Part shown: piece by piece, positions 38,733 through 48,485 of the stretch
Layout of the letters: every line of letters begins with the position of its first letter
How positions within the stretch are numbered: position 1 is the stretch's first letter
DNA from: an uncultured Gammaproteobacteria bacterium
Lineage (GTDB): Bacteria; Pseudomonadota; Gammaproteobacteria; UBA9214
Direction of reading: 5' to 3'
Length of the DNA stretch: 64,000 bases
Assembly (NCBI GenBank): GCA_963748215.1
Contig: CAVVHS010000009.1
Location: forward strand, 224,001 to 288,000
Notes under the pieces: generated by a model
The model's database searches: none
The model's input: the letters and a program-made list of their open reading frames with translations, nothing else
Told to the model about the DNA's origin: nothing
Translations under genes and position numbers: made by a program

Positions 38733-39806
38733 TTGAAACTGCTGTTCCTTAGCAAGCGCAGTCCGATGGGGCGGGATCTGATGACTCGCCCGTACGGACG
38801 GTTCTATTACCTGCCGCGTTCTCTTGCCGGGCGCGGACACGACGTGACAATCCTGTTGCTGGATTACCGTAAAGGCGCGCCGGTTGATATGCGGCGCGAC
38901 GGAATCCGCTGGGTTTCGGAGTCGCTGGTTTTCGGTAGTCCGCTCAACTATATCCGTAAGCTGAAAGGACTGCTCCAGGAAACGAGACCTGACTGGATAG
39001 TCGGTTGCTCTGATACCTATTACGGGATTCTTGCCCGGTACTGGGGGCAGCGATACGGGATTCGATCCTGCATCGATGCCTATGATAATTACGAGAGCTA
39101 CCTTCCGTGGATGAAGCCGCTGCACGGACTCTGGCGCAGGGCACTTTCGCGAGCTGACCTGGTAACGGCGGCTGGACCGGATCTGGCAGCATACATGTCG
39201 CAGCAACGTCACGGTCGCCCCGCTGTGGTGGTCCCGATGGCGGCGGATCCGATTGGGTTCAGGCCCATGGATCAGGCGGAGTGCAGGTCCCGGATGGGAT
39301 TGCCGCATACCGGCCGGTTTGTCGGTTATTGTGGATCAGTGCATAAAAACAGGGGAGTGGAGGTTCTGTTTGACGCTTGCAGCAGACTGAAACAGAAACA
39401 CCCCGATGTTGAATTACTGCTGTCGGGCAGAAGCTGGGGTAACGTGCCAATTCCCGATGCTGCCCGCGTGCTCGGATATGTCGACGACGAGAAAATGCCT
39501 GTCCTGCTGAATTGTATGGATGTGCTGACGGTGATCAACCGTGCCAGCAGTTTTGGTAACTACAGTTATCCGGCAAAGCTGTACGAGGCCATGATGTGCA
39601 ATATTCCCGTCGTGGCGACAGCCACGCCAGCCACGCGCTGGATTCTGGAAGATCACGGAGATTTTCTGGTGCCACCATCCGACCCGGAACAACTCTGTGC
39701 CAGGCTCGAGCAAAGTCTCAATCTGGATCGCGTGGCATATGAAAGGGTCACAGACTGGGAGATGGCTTGTGACATGCTCGAACGGGCATTGCAGGATGCA
39801 GAGTGA
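38733..39806 (+). CDS. GT4-like glycosyltransferase
   Basis: RGHDVT, GYCGS...RG, SYPAKLYEAMMC.IPVVAT. Probable TTG start at 38733. Confidence 0.85.
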   Translation: MKLLFLSKRSPMGRDLMTRPYGRFYYLPRSLAGRGHDVTILLLDYRKGAPVDMRRDGIRWVSESLVFGSPLNYIRKLKGLLQETRPDWIVGCSDTYYGILARYWGQRYGIRSCIDAYDNYESYLPWMKPLHGLWRRALSRADLVTAAGPDLAAYMSQQRHGRPAVVVPMAADPIGFRPMDQAECRSRMGLPHTGRFVGYCGSVHKNRGVEVLFDACSRLKQKHPDVELLLSGRSWGNVPIPDAARVLGYVDDEKMPVLLNCMDVLTVINRASSFGNYSYPAKLYEAMMCNIPVVATATPATRWILEDHGDFLVPPSDPEQLCARLEQSLNLDRVAYERVTDWEMACDMLERALQDAE

Positions 39807-39839
39807 GTTTTATCCCATGCAGTAAATGTGCTGTAGAGG

Positions 39840-40634
39840 CTAGGTTCGGGCTGGCCGGTCTCGAAAAGTGCGGGGGAAGGCAGTTAAAAGATGTCTTGTA
39901 AATCGGTACTTGGGGTATAAAAACCAGTAGATCCAGTAACAAAATCGCAGCAGGCTGGAAGTACAGTTTTTTTCATGGACTCGTTTTTCCTCGCTGAATC
40001 TGTAACTCAGTGAGGCCCAGTCCAGGCGCGAGCTAATGCCGGTGTCACGCATTACCGAAAGTATTTCATCGTAAGGCCTGGTGTCGATTCCGTGCTTGTG
40101 AGCCCTCAGGAAAAAATCATAGTCGAGTGCGAGCTTGAATTGTGTGTCGAAATGGCCAATCTTGCGGAAAACCTCTCGGTGGCACAGGACTCCCTGATGG
40201 TAAACGCCCATCTTGAAATGATTCCACCAGTTAAATCCTCTGGGTTTCAGAATAAATGAAGTGCCATTTGTTCTAGAAAATATAATATTGAATGCGGCAA
40301 TCTTGCACTCGTCCTCGATGTGGCTGACACATTTCTCCAGGGCCTCGTTGCTGTGGAAATAGTCGTCGGCATTCAGGAAAAGCAGGAAATCTCCGCTGGA
40401 TAGCTCAATACCCTTGTTCATGGCATCGGCGATTCCGTTGTCCGGTTCGGAAATCCACCTGTCTATAACACCTTCGTTCTTTTTGATCAGATCCAGTGTG
40501 TTATCTGTCGAATTTCCGTCTACGATTAAAAATTCAATATTTTCGTAGGTCTGTTCGGCTACGCTGGTGATCGTTTGCTCGATATATTTTTCAGCGTTCA
40601 GGCATACAGTGACGACGGTGATTTTTATGGCCAT
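39840..40634 (-). CDS. GT2 glycosyltransferase (WcaE/WfgS-like), AT-rich
   Basis: ITVVTVCLN, VDGNSTD, SEPDNGIADAMNKG, FLNADD, DYDF. Confidence 0.92.
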   Translation of the reverse strand: MAIKITVVTVCLNAEKYIEQTITSVAEQTYENIEFLIVDGNSTDNTLDLIKKNEGVIDRWISEPDNGIADAMNKGIELSSGDFLLFLNADDYFHSNEALEKCVSHIEDECKIAAFNIIFSRTNGTSFILKPRGFNWWNHFKMGVYHQGVLCHREVFRKIGHFDTQFKLALDYDFFLRAHKHGIDTRPYDEILSVMRDTGISSRLDWASLSYRFSEEKRVHEKNCTSSLLRFCYWIYWFLYPKYRFTRHLLTAFPRTFRDRPART

Positions 40635-41309
40635 GTACTATCATCCGGGTTTATGGACAAAACTGTCGCATGTTTGAGAAACGTTTATCTGCAACAACCG
40701 GAATTTATGGATTGCGCAGGGGCTTGGTTGCCGGTGGGGGTCAACCGGCATTGGGCAATAAACGACTGCTGAATCTGATGGCACATATATAGGGAGGAGT
40801 TATAAGTAATCGGAGGTATTGAGAAATCCACCCTGACAACTTCTGAAAATATGCCATATGTCTGTAACAGACTGCTGGTTTTCTGGTCGATAAAGACTGG
40901 TAAAACCATGTATATGAAATCCCGGGTCGAATATCTGTGTACGATGCCGAGATACAGTGGTTGTCCTTGGCGCAATGGTACGAATAAGAATTCAATCTGT
41001 ATTCCCCCTGATTCCCGCTAGTGTCTGGTTGGTCCCGTCACGCACTCCTATTCTGCGCACTGTGCTTCGTTTTTATATAGGCCGGGCACTTCATATATAA
41101 ATACCGTGGTGTAATTGAAACAGGTCTGGATGTTGCTAACATCATTGCGTGGATACTTTTACCGTAAACCTCGGTGTGATGTCCACAGCCGCACTTGGAT
41201 GCAAAAATACATATGGGTGGATGCATGTCGAACCACCTGCCTGAATATGCGTATCACTGGCTGCCCGGTATTGGTTTATCGGCAGGAAGATGTATACAAT
41301 CAGCCGATT

Positions 41310-42623
41310 ATGCCGCTGACTGGTAACAAGATGATTGTCGACGGGGTCTGGGTATTAACCGGCCGCGTGGTGTCGATGCTGTCGGGGCTGCTTGTGATCG
41401 TGTTTATCACACGTCTGCTAGACTCTGCCGAGGTGGGTTTCTACTTTCTCTGCTTCAGCCTTATTACGATACTGGCGCTGGTTTCCCAGTTAGGTATGAA
41501 TCTCGCGGTGGTGCGCCTGATTGCCGAGGCGCTTAGTAACGAGAAACACGAACAGGCGGCATCCGTGGCCACCCTTGCAGTAAAGCTCGTTGGTAAGGCG
41601 ATTGTCGTCGTGTCCTGCCTGGGCCTGTTCTTTGTGGTTATCAAGCCACCGGAGGTTTTTGTCAGCCTGTCACTGGACCGGTATGTATTGCTGGTCCTGG
41701 TGGTCTGGTTCTCTTTCCAGACGATGCTTGGCATCATTTCCGAAAGCCTGCGTGGCTATCATGACGTGCGTGCAGCCACGCTCTACGGGGCGACGCTGCC
41801 CGGTTTGCTGTCGGTAGTCGCCATGTTTCTCCTCTGGAGTCTCGTCGAGACAAGCAGTATCGATCTCGTGCTAAGCCTGCTGGCCGGGCCGATAGTGCTG
41901 AGCGCCGTGCTGGGTGCGGGCCGCCTCAGGAAAATAATTTTGCCGTCACGCGGGCAGGGGCAGGCGGATCTGTCGGGAATTGTTTCGGTTGCCTGGCCAA
42001 TGTGGTCGACCAATATTACCTTGCTGCTGCTTACCCAGGCCGACATCTGGATCATCGGTAGTTTCCTGACTGTTGATGACGTGGCAGTTTACGGCGCTGC
42101 CGCACGCCTCATCATGGCGATCTCGATTTCCCTGATGATCCTGAATGCCGTCGTTTCTCCCGTCATCGCAGACCAGTTTTACAGGCAGCAGCAAACACGG
42201 CTGGAACAGACGCTGAGAACCGGGACCACGCTGGCTGCCATACCCTCGGCGCTGGTCATGCTGGTATTTTGCCTTGCTGGTGAACGCCTGCTGGAACTGC
42301 TGTATGGCCCGTTCTACAGCGATGGTTACCTGATCCTGGTGGTTCTGGGGGTTGGTCAGCTGTTCAATGTTATTTCCGGTCCCTGCGGCATGGTGCTGCT
42401 CATGACCGGGTATCAGCGCAGCATGATGGTAATCAGTGTCATAACAAGTCTGCTGGCTATAGTGACATCGATATATGCCGTTATCCATATCGGAGTTCTG
42501 GGTGTTGCCGCGGTGTTTTCCGCTGCGCTGATCGTCCAGAATATCCTGATGATGCATTTCGCAAGAAAATACACCGGTATGAAAACGTTTATGAATTTCA
42601 GAATTGCGATTCCAGCCGCATGA
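41310..42623 (+). CDS. wzx: Polysaccharide flippase (Wzx/MOP family)
   Basis: About 12 TM segments; TRLL...EVG, QADIWIIG, VAVYGAA, GVLGVA pattern. Start uncertain (41310 or 41331). Confidence 0.85.
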   Translation: MPLTGNKMIVDGVWVLTGRVVSMLSGLLVIVFITRLLDSAEVGFYFLCFSLITILALVSQLGMNLAVVRLIAEALSNEKHEQAASVATLAVKLVGKAIVVVSCLGLFFVVIKPPEVFVSLSLDRYVLLVLVVWFSFQTMLGIISESLRGYHDVRAATLYGATLPGLLSVVAMFLLWSLVETSSIDLVLSLLAGPIVLSAVLGAGRLRKIILPSRGQGQADLSGIVSVAWPMWSTNITLLLLTQADIWIIGSFLTVDDVAVYGAAARLIMAISISLMILNAVVSPVIADQFYRQQQTRLEQTLRTGTTLAAIPSALVMLVFCLAGERLLELLYGPFYSDGYLILVVLGVGQLFNVISGPCGMVLLMTGYQRSMMVISVITSLLAIVTSIYAVIHIGVLGVAAVFSAALIVQNILMMHFARKYTGMKTFMNFRIAIPAA

Positions 42624-43588
42624 ACAACCGCGGTATTTTCATCGTCGGCTGTCCGAGGAGCGGCACCACGCTGTTGCAGAGCATGCTAGCCTCGCACAGC
42701 GAGATCTATACTGCGCCTGAAACATCTTTTTTCTCCCGCATCATTCCCCGTCTCGGCGTTGAGTACAGCGATCCCGGCGCCAGGATCGACAGGCACTGCC
42801 TGGACACGGTTGCCGCTGACTTTCGGGAAATGACCGGTATCGAGCTGCCTGCCGCATTCATGGAGCAGGATACCGATACAGATATCAGGTCATTGTTCGA
42901 GAATCTGCTTGCTTCGTTCAACAACGACGACAAGCCACTGTGGGTCGAAAAGACTACGCTGCATGCCAGGCATATGCTGGCAATCACGCGGTTTTACCCC
43001 GAGGCCAGGTTTATCAACCTGATCAGGGACCCGGTGGCATGCGTCGGTTCGATGTCTGTCATCAGGCCGACATCACCCGCCGATTTCCGGATCAGGTACC
43101 TGAGTTCATTGCATAATTTCGCCAGCCTCTGGGACTCGTGCATCGGGGCGGTGCTGGAGTTTCCGCGCCAGGAGCAGGTATTGCACCTGCGCTATGAAAC
43201 ACTGGTGGAGCAACCGCGCGAGACAGTCAACACTGTCTGCGGGTTTCTCGGTATTTCTTACCAGGAGGAAATGCTCGATTCATTCCATCATTCGGCTGCA
43301 GGAATCTTTTCAGACACCAGTTGTCCCTGGCAGAAAGGCAATCTTTCTGCGGGCGTCAGCAAGGAGTCGCTCTACAAGTGGAGGCGCCGGCTCGGACCGG
43401 CGAAGACCTGGCTGGTGCAGAGGTATGTGCTCGGGCATGCAATGATGCTCGGTTACTACGAAGAGAATCTCCGTGGTAGTGCCCTGTCGGTGATACTGGT
43501 ATTCGCTGCAGACCAGTTGATGCGGTTGCTTGCAGCATCGAGAATCGAGTTGATAATGCGCAGGTTGTTTACGAGGAAGACATCATGA
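42620..43588 (+). CDS. PAPS-dependent sulfotransferase family protein
   Basis: 5'-PSB motif FIVGCPRSGTTLL, WVEKT, 3'-PB motif IRDP, RYETLV..P. Confidence 0.9.
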   Translation: MNNRGIFIVGCPRSGTTLLQSMLASHSEIYTAPETSFFSRIIPRLGVEYSDPGARIDRHCLDTVAADFREMTGIELPAAFMEQDTDTDIRSLFENLLASFNNDDKPLWVEKTTLHARHMLAITRFYPEARFINLIRDPVACVGSMSVIRPTSPADFRIRYLSSLHNFASLWDSCIGAVLEFPRQEQVLHLRYETLVEQPRETVNTVCGFLGISYQEEMLDSFHHSAAGIFSDTSCPWQKGNLSAGVSKESLYKWRRRLGPAKTWLVQRYVLGHAMMLGYYEENLRGSALSVILVFAADQLMRLLAASRIELIMRRLFTRKTS

Positions 43589-44031
43589 AAGACGGTTTCG
43601 AGAATGTGTTGTGTGGCGGTAAGTTGCTCGCCGTTATTATATACGATTCGTACAACGCGCCCGGAGTCAACTTCTTTACCCCCGGTGATCTGTCGCAGCA
43701 GGTTGCCCATATGACGCACCGTCAGGGAAAGGTCATCGATGCGCACGTCCACAATCCGGTGCCCAGGGAAGTGATCTACACACAGGAGGCCCTGTTTATC
43801 AAGAGTGGCAAGCTGCGCGTGGATTTCTACGATGATCACAGGACGTATCTCGAAAGTCGCCTGCTCGGTGCAGGTGATGTCATCCTGCTGGTGTCGGGTG
43901 GCCATGGATTCGAGGTCATTGAGGATCTCAGGATGGTCGAGGTCAAGCAGGGCCCCTACGTGGATGACAGGGACAAGACACGATTCGACCCGGTTGCGCA
44001 TGACAAAGTTACTATCAAGAATCCTTTATGA
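43585..44031 (+). CDS. Cupin-fold protein (WbuC-like)
   Basis: HVH...QE metal motif, GGHGF, EVKQGPY; ATGA-coupled to neighbours. Confidence 0.75.
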   Translation: MKDGFENVLCGGKLLAVIIYDSYNAPGVNFFTPGDLSQQVAHMTHRQGKVIDAHVHNPVPREVIYTQEALFIKSGKLRVDFYDDHRTYLESRLLGAGDVILLVSGGHGFEVIEDLRMVEVKQGPYVDDRDKTRFDPVAHDKVTIKNPL

Positions 44032-45145
44032 ACGATTTCATACCGGTCAACGAGCCGCTGATTGGCCAGGAAGAGAAGGACTATATCGCCGATTGCCTTG
44101 AATCCGGCTGGATTTCATCGGAAGGGTCTTATGTCAGTCAGTTCGAGGCCGAGTTCGCGAAACGGGCCGGCAGGCAGCATGGCATCGCCGTGGCGAATGG
44201 CTCGATGGCGCTCGAGGCCGCGGTCACGGCGCTCGGTATCGGTACGGGTGATGAAGTCATCATGCCGGCATTTACCATCATCTCCTGTGCCACGGCGATC
44301 GTCAGGGCGGGCGCGGTTCCCGTGGTCGTCGACTGCGAAGCGGATACATGGAACATGGACGTCGCCGCCGTCGAGGCGCTGATCACCCCCCGTACCCGTG
44401 CCATCATGGCGGTACATATCTACGGACTGCCGGTCGACATGGATCCGCTCATGGAACTGGCGCGCAAACACGGCTTGCTGGTCATCGAGGATGCCGCGGA
44501 GGCGATCGGCCAGACCTGCCGCGGCCGGCCGTGCGGCAGCTTCGGCGATATCAGCGTGTTCAGCTTCTACCCCAACAAACTGGTGACGACCGGTGAAGGC
44601 GGCATGATCCTGGCGGACTCGCCGGAACTGGCCGAGCGTTGCCGGGTCTGCGTAATCTCTGTTTCATTCCCGAGACCAGGTTCGTGCACGAGGAAATGGG
44701 ATGGAACATGCGCATGACCAACCTGCAGGCTGCACTGGGTGTGGGGCAACTGCACCGGCTCGATGCGCATCTTGCCAGAAAGATCGAGATCGGCCGGCTC
44801 TACAATGAGCGGCTGGCGGGCATCGAAGCACTGACCCTGCCATGTGCACGCACGGACTACGCCGACAACATGTACTGGGTCTACGGACTGGTGATCGATG
44901 ACAGCGTCGCGATGACAGCGCGGGACGCGATGCTGGCATTGGGCAAGGCCGGTATCGGCACCCGGCCGTTTTTCTACCCGATGCACCAGCAGCCCGTGTT
45001 CAGGAAAATGGGACTGTTCAAGGGCGTCAGCTGCCCGGTAGCCGAGCGTATTGCCGTACGCGGTTTCTACATTCCGAGCGGGCTCGCCATGACGAATGCG
45101 CAGGTCGGGCGGGTGTCGGATGCGGTCACGGAACTCTTTGCATGA
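44028..45145 (+). CDS. DegT/DnrJ PLP aminotransferase, perosamine synthase-like; one frameshift near 44645
   Basis: ORFs 44028-44717 (IPVNEP, WISSEG, IEDAAE, SFYPNKLVTTGEGG) and 44639-45145 (NMRMTNLQAA, TRPFFYPMH) join if one base is added, most simply a G in the GGG run. Confidence 0.9.
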
Positions 45146-45912
45146 GCAATTTCAGGAAATACGCCAGCTATTATGACCTGCTGTACCTGGACAAGGATTA
45201 TTCCGCCGAGGTTGATTACATCGACACCTTGTTGCGCCGGTATGCACCCGCGGCGCGACAAATCCTGGAACTGGGTTCCGGCACGGGCAGGCATGCCCTG
45301 TTGCTGGCGCAAAAAGGTTATTCCCTGCATGGTGTCGATCTGAGCGAGGACATGGTCCGTATCGCATGCGACAGGCAACGCGACGGTGCTGCCGGCAACA
45401 GCGCCGGGGTTTCCTTCAACCAGGGCGATATCCGCGACTACCGGGCCGGGCACACCTTCGACGTGGTCATGGCCCTGTTTCACGTGGTCTGTTACCAGAC
45501 CGCCAATCAGGACATCATCTCGACATTCCGTACCGCTGCTGCCCACCTCGAGGAGGGCGGGATATTCATCTTCGATTGCTGGTACGGACCGGCAGTGCTG
45601 ACCGAGCAGCCGGAGCGCAGGACAAAAGCTGTGGAAAACGAGGCGCTCGAGATTGTCAGGGAAACGACGCCTGAACTCCTGCCAGACAGTGACATCGTCG
45701 ATGTGCATTTCGACATGACGGTGCGCGAGAAGGCGTCGGGCCTACAGGAGAAGTTTCATGAATTGCACAGGATGCGTTACCTGTTCTCGCCTGAAGTAGA
45801 GTATTTCCTGCAGCAAAGCGGCTTTGCACTGCAAGCAACCGAGGAGTGGCTTAGCGGCGGCAAGCCCGGTACCGGTACCTGGAATGTCTGCTACGTCGCC
45901 CGTAAATGCTGA
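45142..45912 (+). CDS. Class I SAM methyltransferase, resembling sugar N-methyltransferases
   Basis: YYDLLY.DKDY..E, LELGSGTGRH, GVDLSEDM, QGDIR. Confidence 0.88.
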   Translation: MSNFRKYASYYDLLYLDKDYSAEVDYIDTLLRRYAPAARQILELGSGTGRHALLLAQKGYSLHGVDLSEDMVRIACDRQRDGAAGNSAGVSFNQGDIRDYRAGHTFDVVMALFHVVCYQTANQDIISTFRTAAAHLEEGGIFIFDCWYGPAVLTEQPERRTKAVENEALEIVRETTPELLPDSDIVDVHFDMTVREKASGLQEKFHELHRMRYLFSPEVEYFLQQSGFALQATEEWLSGGKPGTGTWNVCYVARKC

Positions 45913-46180
45913 AAGTCGGAATCTACCTGCGTGCCCGGGAGGAGATGGGGGGCACCCTGCAATACAACCTGGGCGTGCTGGCGGCGGCCCGGTTACTGCC
46001 CCGGGAGCGCTACCAGGTCGTTGTCGCCAGCAGCGGTGACTACTGGCAGCAGAGACTGCAGGGCAGTGGTTTTGCCCATGTCCGCCTGGGCAATACCCTG
46101 GTCAGTCGGGCGAGCACGGAACTGTGGGGCAGGTTGCGACTGTCGCCGGTATCCGTGTGGCGTGCGCTGGCACCGTTAAC
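45906..46180 (+). pseudogene. Truncated N-terminal fragment of a GT4-like glycosyltransferase
   Basis: Start overlaps the upstream stop. MLKVGIYL...GGTLQY resembles GT-B N-termini for ~90 codons, then the frame runs antisense into the next gene. Confidence 0.6.
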
Positions 46181-46220
46181 GTATATGAACTGCACATTCA
46201 GAAGCTGCGAAGAACATCGT

Positions 46221-47312
46221 TCAGGAGTTGTGCAGAAACTCGACGAAAGGTTGAACCCGGACGCCGAAGTCAAATTCCCGGGCGGCTACGGCACAGGCCT
46301 TGCGCATCGATGCATGCCGCTTCAATACATCCCTGACTCCATTGGCGATGGTTTCCGGGGTAAGCTCCTGGAGCAGGACTCCGGTGGCGTAGTCACGAAC
46401 CGATTGCAGGCCCAGAATATCTGACCCGATGACTGGCACTCCTGCAGCGTAGTAATTGAAAAGTTTACCCGACGGCGCCGACAGGTAGTTGAAGTCGTTT
46501 TTTTTGATCAGATTGAAGTCATAGAAGCAGAAACCTGCGGAGAAGCGGGAAAGATAGGAGACAACCTCTTCCTGGGGGAGATAATCCGGATCGAGATCTA
46601 CCCGACCCGAGCTGATCAGATCCGGAAAGCGCTGCCGGATTTCCTCTGAGATCTCCGCTGACATGATCCCCTTTACCGTCAACTTCATTTCCGGCAGGAT
46701 TCGCATCACTTCCAGGCACTGGAAAATGCCATGTTCGGGAATGATATTGCCGAAGTAAATCAGGTGTCTTTCCTCCGGATGCCGTAGAACTCCAGAAGCT
46801 GTCAAAACAGGGGCGTTCTGAATAAGAAACGTCCGTAACGGATGCAGGGAGCGCTGGCCGAAAAGGAACTCATACCGCTCGGTCGTCTGGATGATCACCG
46901 ACATTATACGGGTGCGGCGGCAAAGCCGAAAAAGGTAATCTCGCTTCGCTTCGAGCGACAGAAAGTGGGCCCGGCCGAAGCGCAGCTGGGCAGCCCATAG
47001 TCCGACCGAGTCAACACCGATAACGTGATCCGCTTTTTCTCTAAGCAACCTGATTAGCAACAGAACCGCTCTCAGGGCCTTATAGAGCTGCAATGTATCA
47101 AACACGCGGATAAGCCCCGGAGGCATCCAAATGAATGAATAGTTTCGGGCAGGAAGCTGGCTGTTCTTGTATTGGCCGTTGTCAAAGGCCAGCACGCGTA
47201 CATCGAAGTCGTCTTCGAGAGCGTTCACCAGATTAATCAAGGTCGGGGAGTAGGAAGCCCACTCAACCGGGAAGACGATCAGGACCCGCTGTTTCATGAG
47301 CGAGCCACCCAT
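46221..47312 (-). CDS. GT4-like glycosyltransferase
   Basis: LIYFGNI...G, SAPSGKLFNYYAAGVPVI; lower GC than flanking core genes. Confidence 0.82.
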   Translation of the reverse strand: MGGSLMKQRVLIVFPVEWASYSPTLINLVNALEDDFDVRVLAFDNGQYKNSQLPARNYSFIWMPPGLIRVFDTLQLYKALRAVLLLIRLLREKADHVIGVDSVGLWAAQLRFGRAHFLSLEAKRDYLFRLCRRTRIMSVIIQTTERYEFLFGQRSLHPLRTFLIQNAPVLTASGVLRHPEERHLIYFGNIIPEHGIFQCLEVMRILPEMKLTVKGIMSAEISEEIRQRFPDLISSGRVDLDPDYLPQEEVVSYLSRFSAGFCFYDFNLIKKNDFNYLSAPSGKLFNYYAAGVPVIGSDILGLQSVRDYATGVLLQELTPETIANGVRDVLKRHASMRKACAVAAREFDFGVRVQPFVEFLHNS

Positions 47313-47500
47313 TAGACGTTCCCGGCATCGGCGCCATGAGTCTTGCGGGTCGTCCCTGTCCGTAGTGGCAGGACCCGCAGCCCCGTGCTTCGAGCCAGGG
47401 CTTCGACTTCGGGCTGATAGAGATATCTCATCCGCTATGTTCCATGTGGGTCGACAATTCGCCTGACGGTTGAAAGATCTGCACGACCAGATTTATGGAG
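47312..47500 (-). pseudogene. Remnant 3' end of a class I methyltransferase
   Basis: 47431-47312 reads MRYLYQPEVEALARSTGLRV..., similar to RMRYLFSPEVEYFLQQSGF in 45142-45912. Its TAA overlaps the next ATG (TAATG). Upstream boundary approximate. Confidence 0.55.
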
Positions 47501-47597
47501 AAATGTGTCAACAAAGCTTTCAGGGCACATGTTCTTACGAACATATCCGTGAGCTAACATTTTTCCGAAGACGCCCCCCGGGGTTGCTCTTCAGTAG

Positions 47598-48485
47598 TCA
47601 TCGTTCGGTACGACGCCGCGTCTCCATGATGTCCTTGTAGTGGAGTGCCGAAACCTGTTCGGAAACGACGCCGATCAGGAAGGTGAACAGCGAGGACAGG
47701 AACAGGACGGTGCTCATGTTTGTCAGCCGACCCCAGGAAAAATAGGTCCAGGCGTAGTAGCTGAGACCGGCCATCAGCAGCGCGCCGCTGATGGGCAGGA
47801 AGAAACGCATCGGCGAGAACAGTGCACCGATCTTCACGATGATGATGAGGAAGCGGAAGCCGTCGTGAAACAGCCGAATGTGGCTTTTGGTCTCGGTGGT
47901 GCGTATTCTGGCCCGAATCGGCACGTAACCGACCGGCAGTCCGGACCTGAAAAACGCCATTGTGCTGGTGGTCGGGTAGGAAAACTTGTTGGGCAGCAGG
48001 TACAGGAACTTCTTGAAATGGCGCGCCCGTGCGGCGCGCAGTCCCGAGGTCAGATCCTGGATGGGATAGCCGGTCATCCACGAGGCCAGCCGGTTATAAA
48101 TGCTGTTGCCGATGCGGCGCGTTAGTGATGCATGACTGTCGAGATGACGCGCACCCACCATCATGTCGAAACCCCGGTTGATGCCGTCGATCAGCGGCTG
48201 GATGTCGGCGGGATCGTGCTGTCCGTCGGCGTCCATGAACACCAGGATCTCGCCCTCGGCATTGCGCGCCCCGGTCTTGATGGCAGCCCCGTTGCCCATG
48301 GAATAGACGTGTGACAGCACCCGCACGCCGTGCTGCCGGCAAACACCGGCCGTGTCATCCGTTGACCCGTCATCGACAACAATGATTTCCGCCTCCGGAA
48401 ATTTTTCCTTTAGCTCCGGGAGCAGCGTTTTCAGGCTGTCGGCCTCGTTCCTGGCGGGCAGGACGATGCTGATTTTCTTGCTCAT
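47598..48485 (-). CDS. GT2 DPM1/DPG-synthase-like polyprenol-phosphate glycosyltransferase
   Basis: IVLPARNE, VDDGSTD, GNGAAIKTG, MDADGQH, DLTSGLR, two C-terminal TM helices. Confidence 0.88.
   Translation of the reverse strand: MSKKISIVLPARNEADSLKTLLPELKEKFPEAEIIVVDDGSTDDTAGVCRQHGVRVLSHVYSMGNGAAIKTGARNAEGEILVFMDADGQHDPADIQPLIDGINRGFDMMVGARHLDSHASLTRRIGNSIYNRLASWMTGYPIQDLTSGLRAARARHFKKFLYLLPNKFSYPTTSTMAFFRSGLPVGYVPIRARIRTTETKSHIRLFHDGFRFLIIIVKIGALFSPMRFFLPISGALLMAGLSYYAWTYFSWGRLTNMSTVLFLSSLFTFLIGVVSEQVSALHYKDIMETRRRTER

Noticed and set aside
44630-44660. Phase-variable frameshift in the aminotransferase
   Set aside because: The run is only G3, too short for slipped-strand phase variation; a sequencing deletion is more likely.
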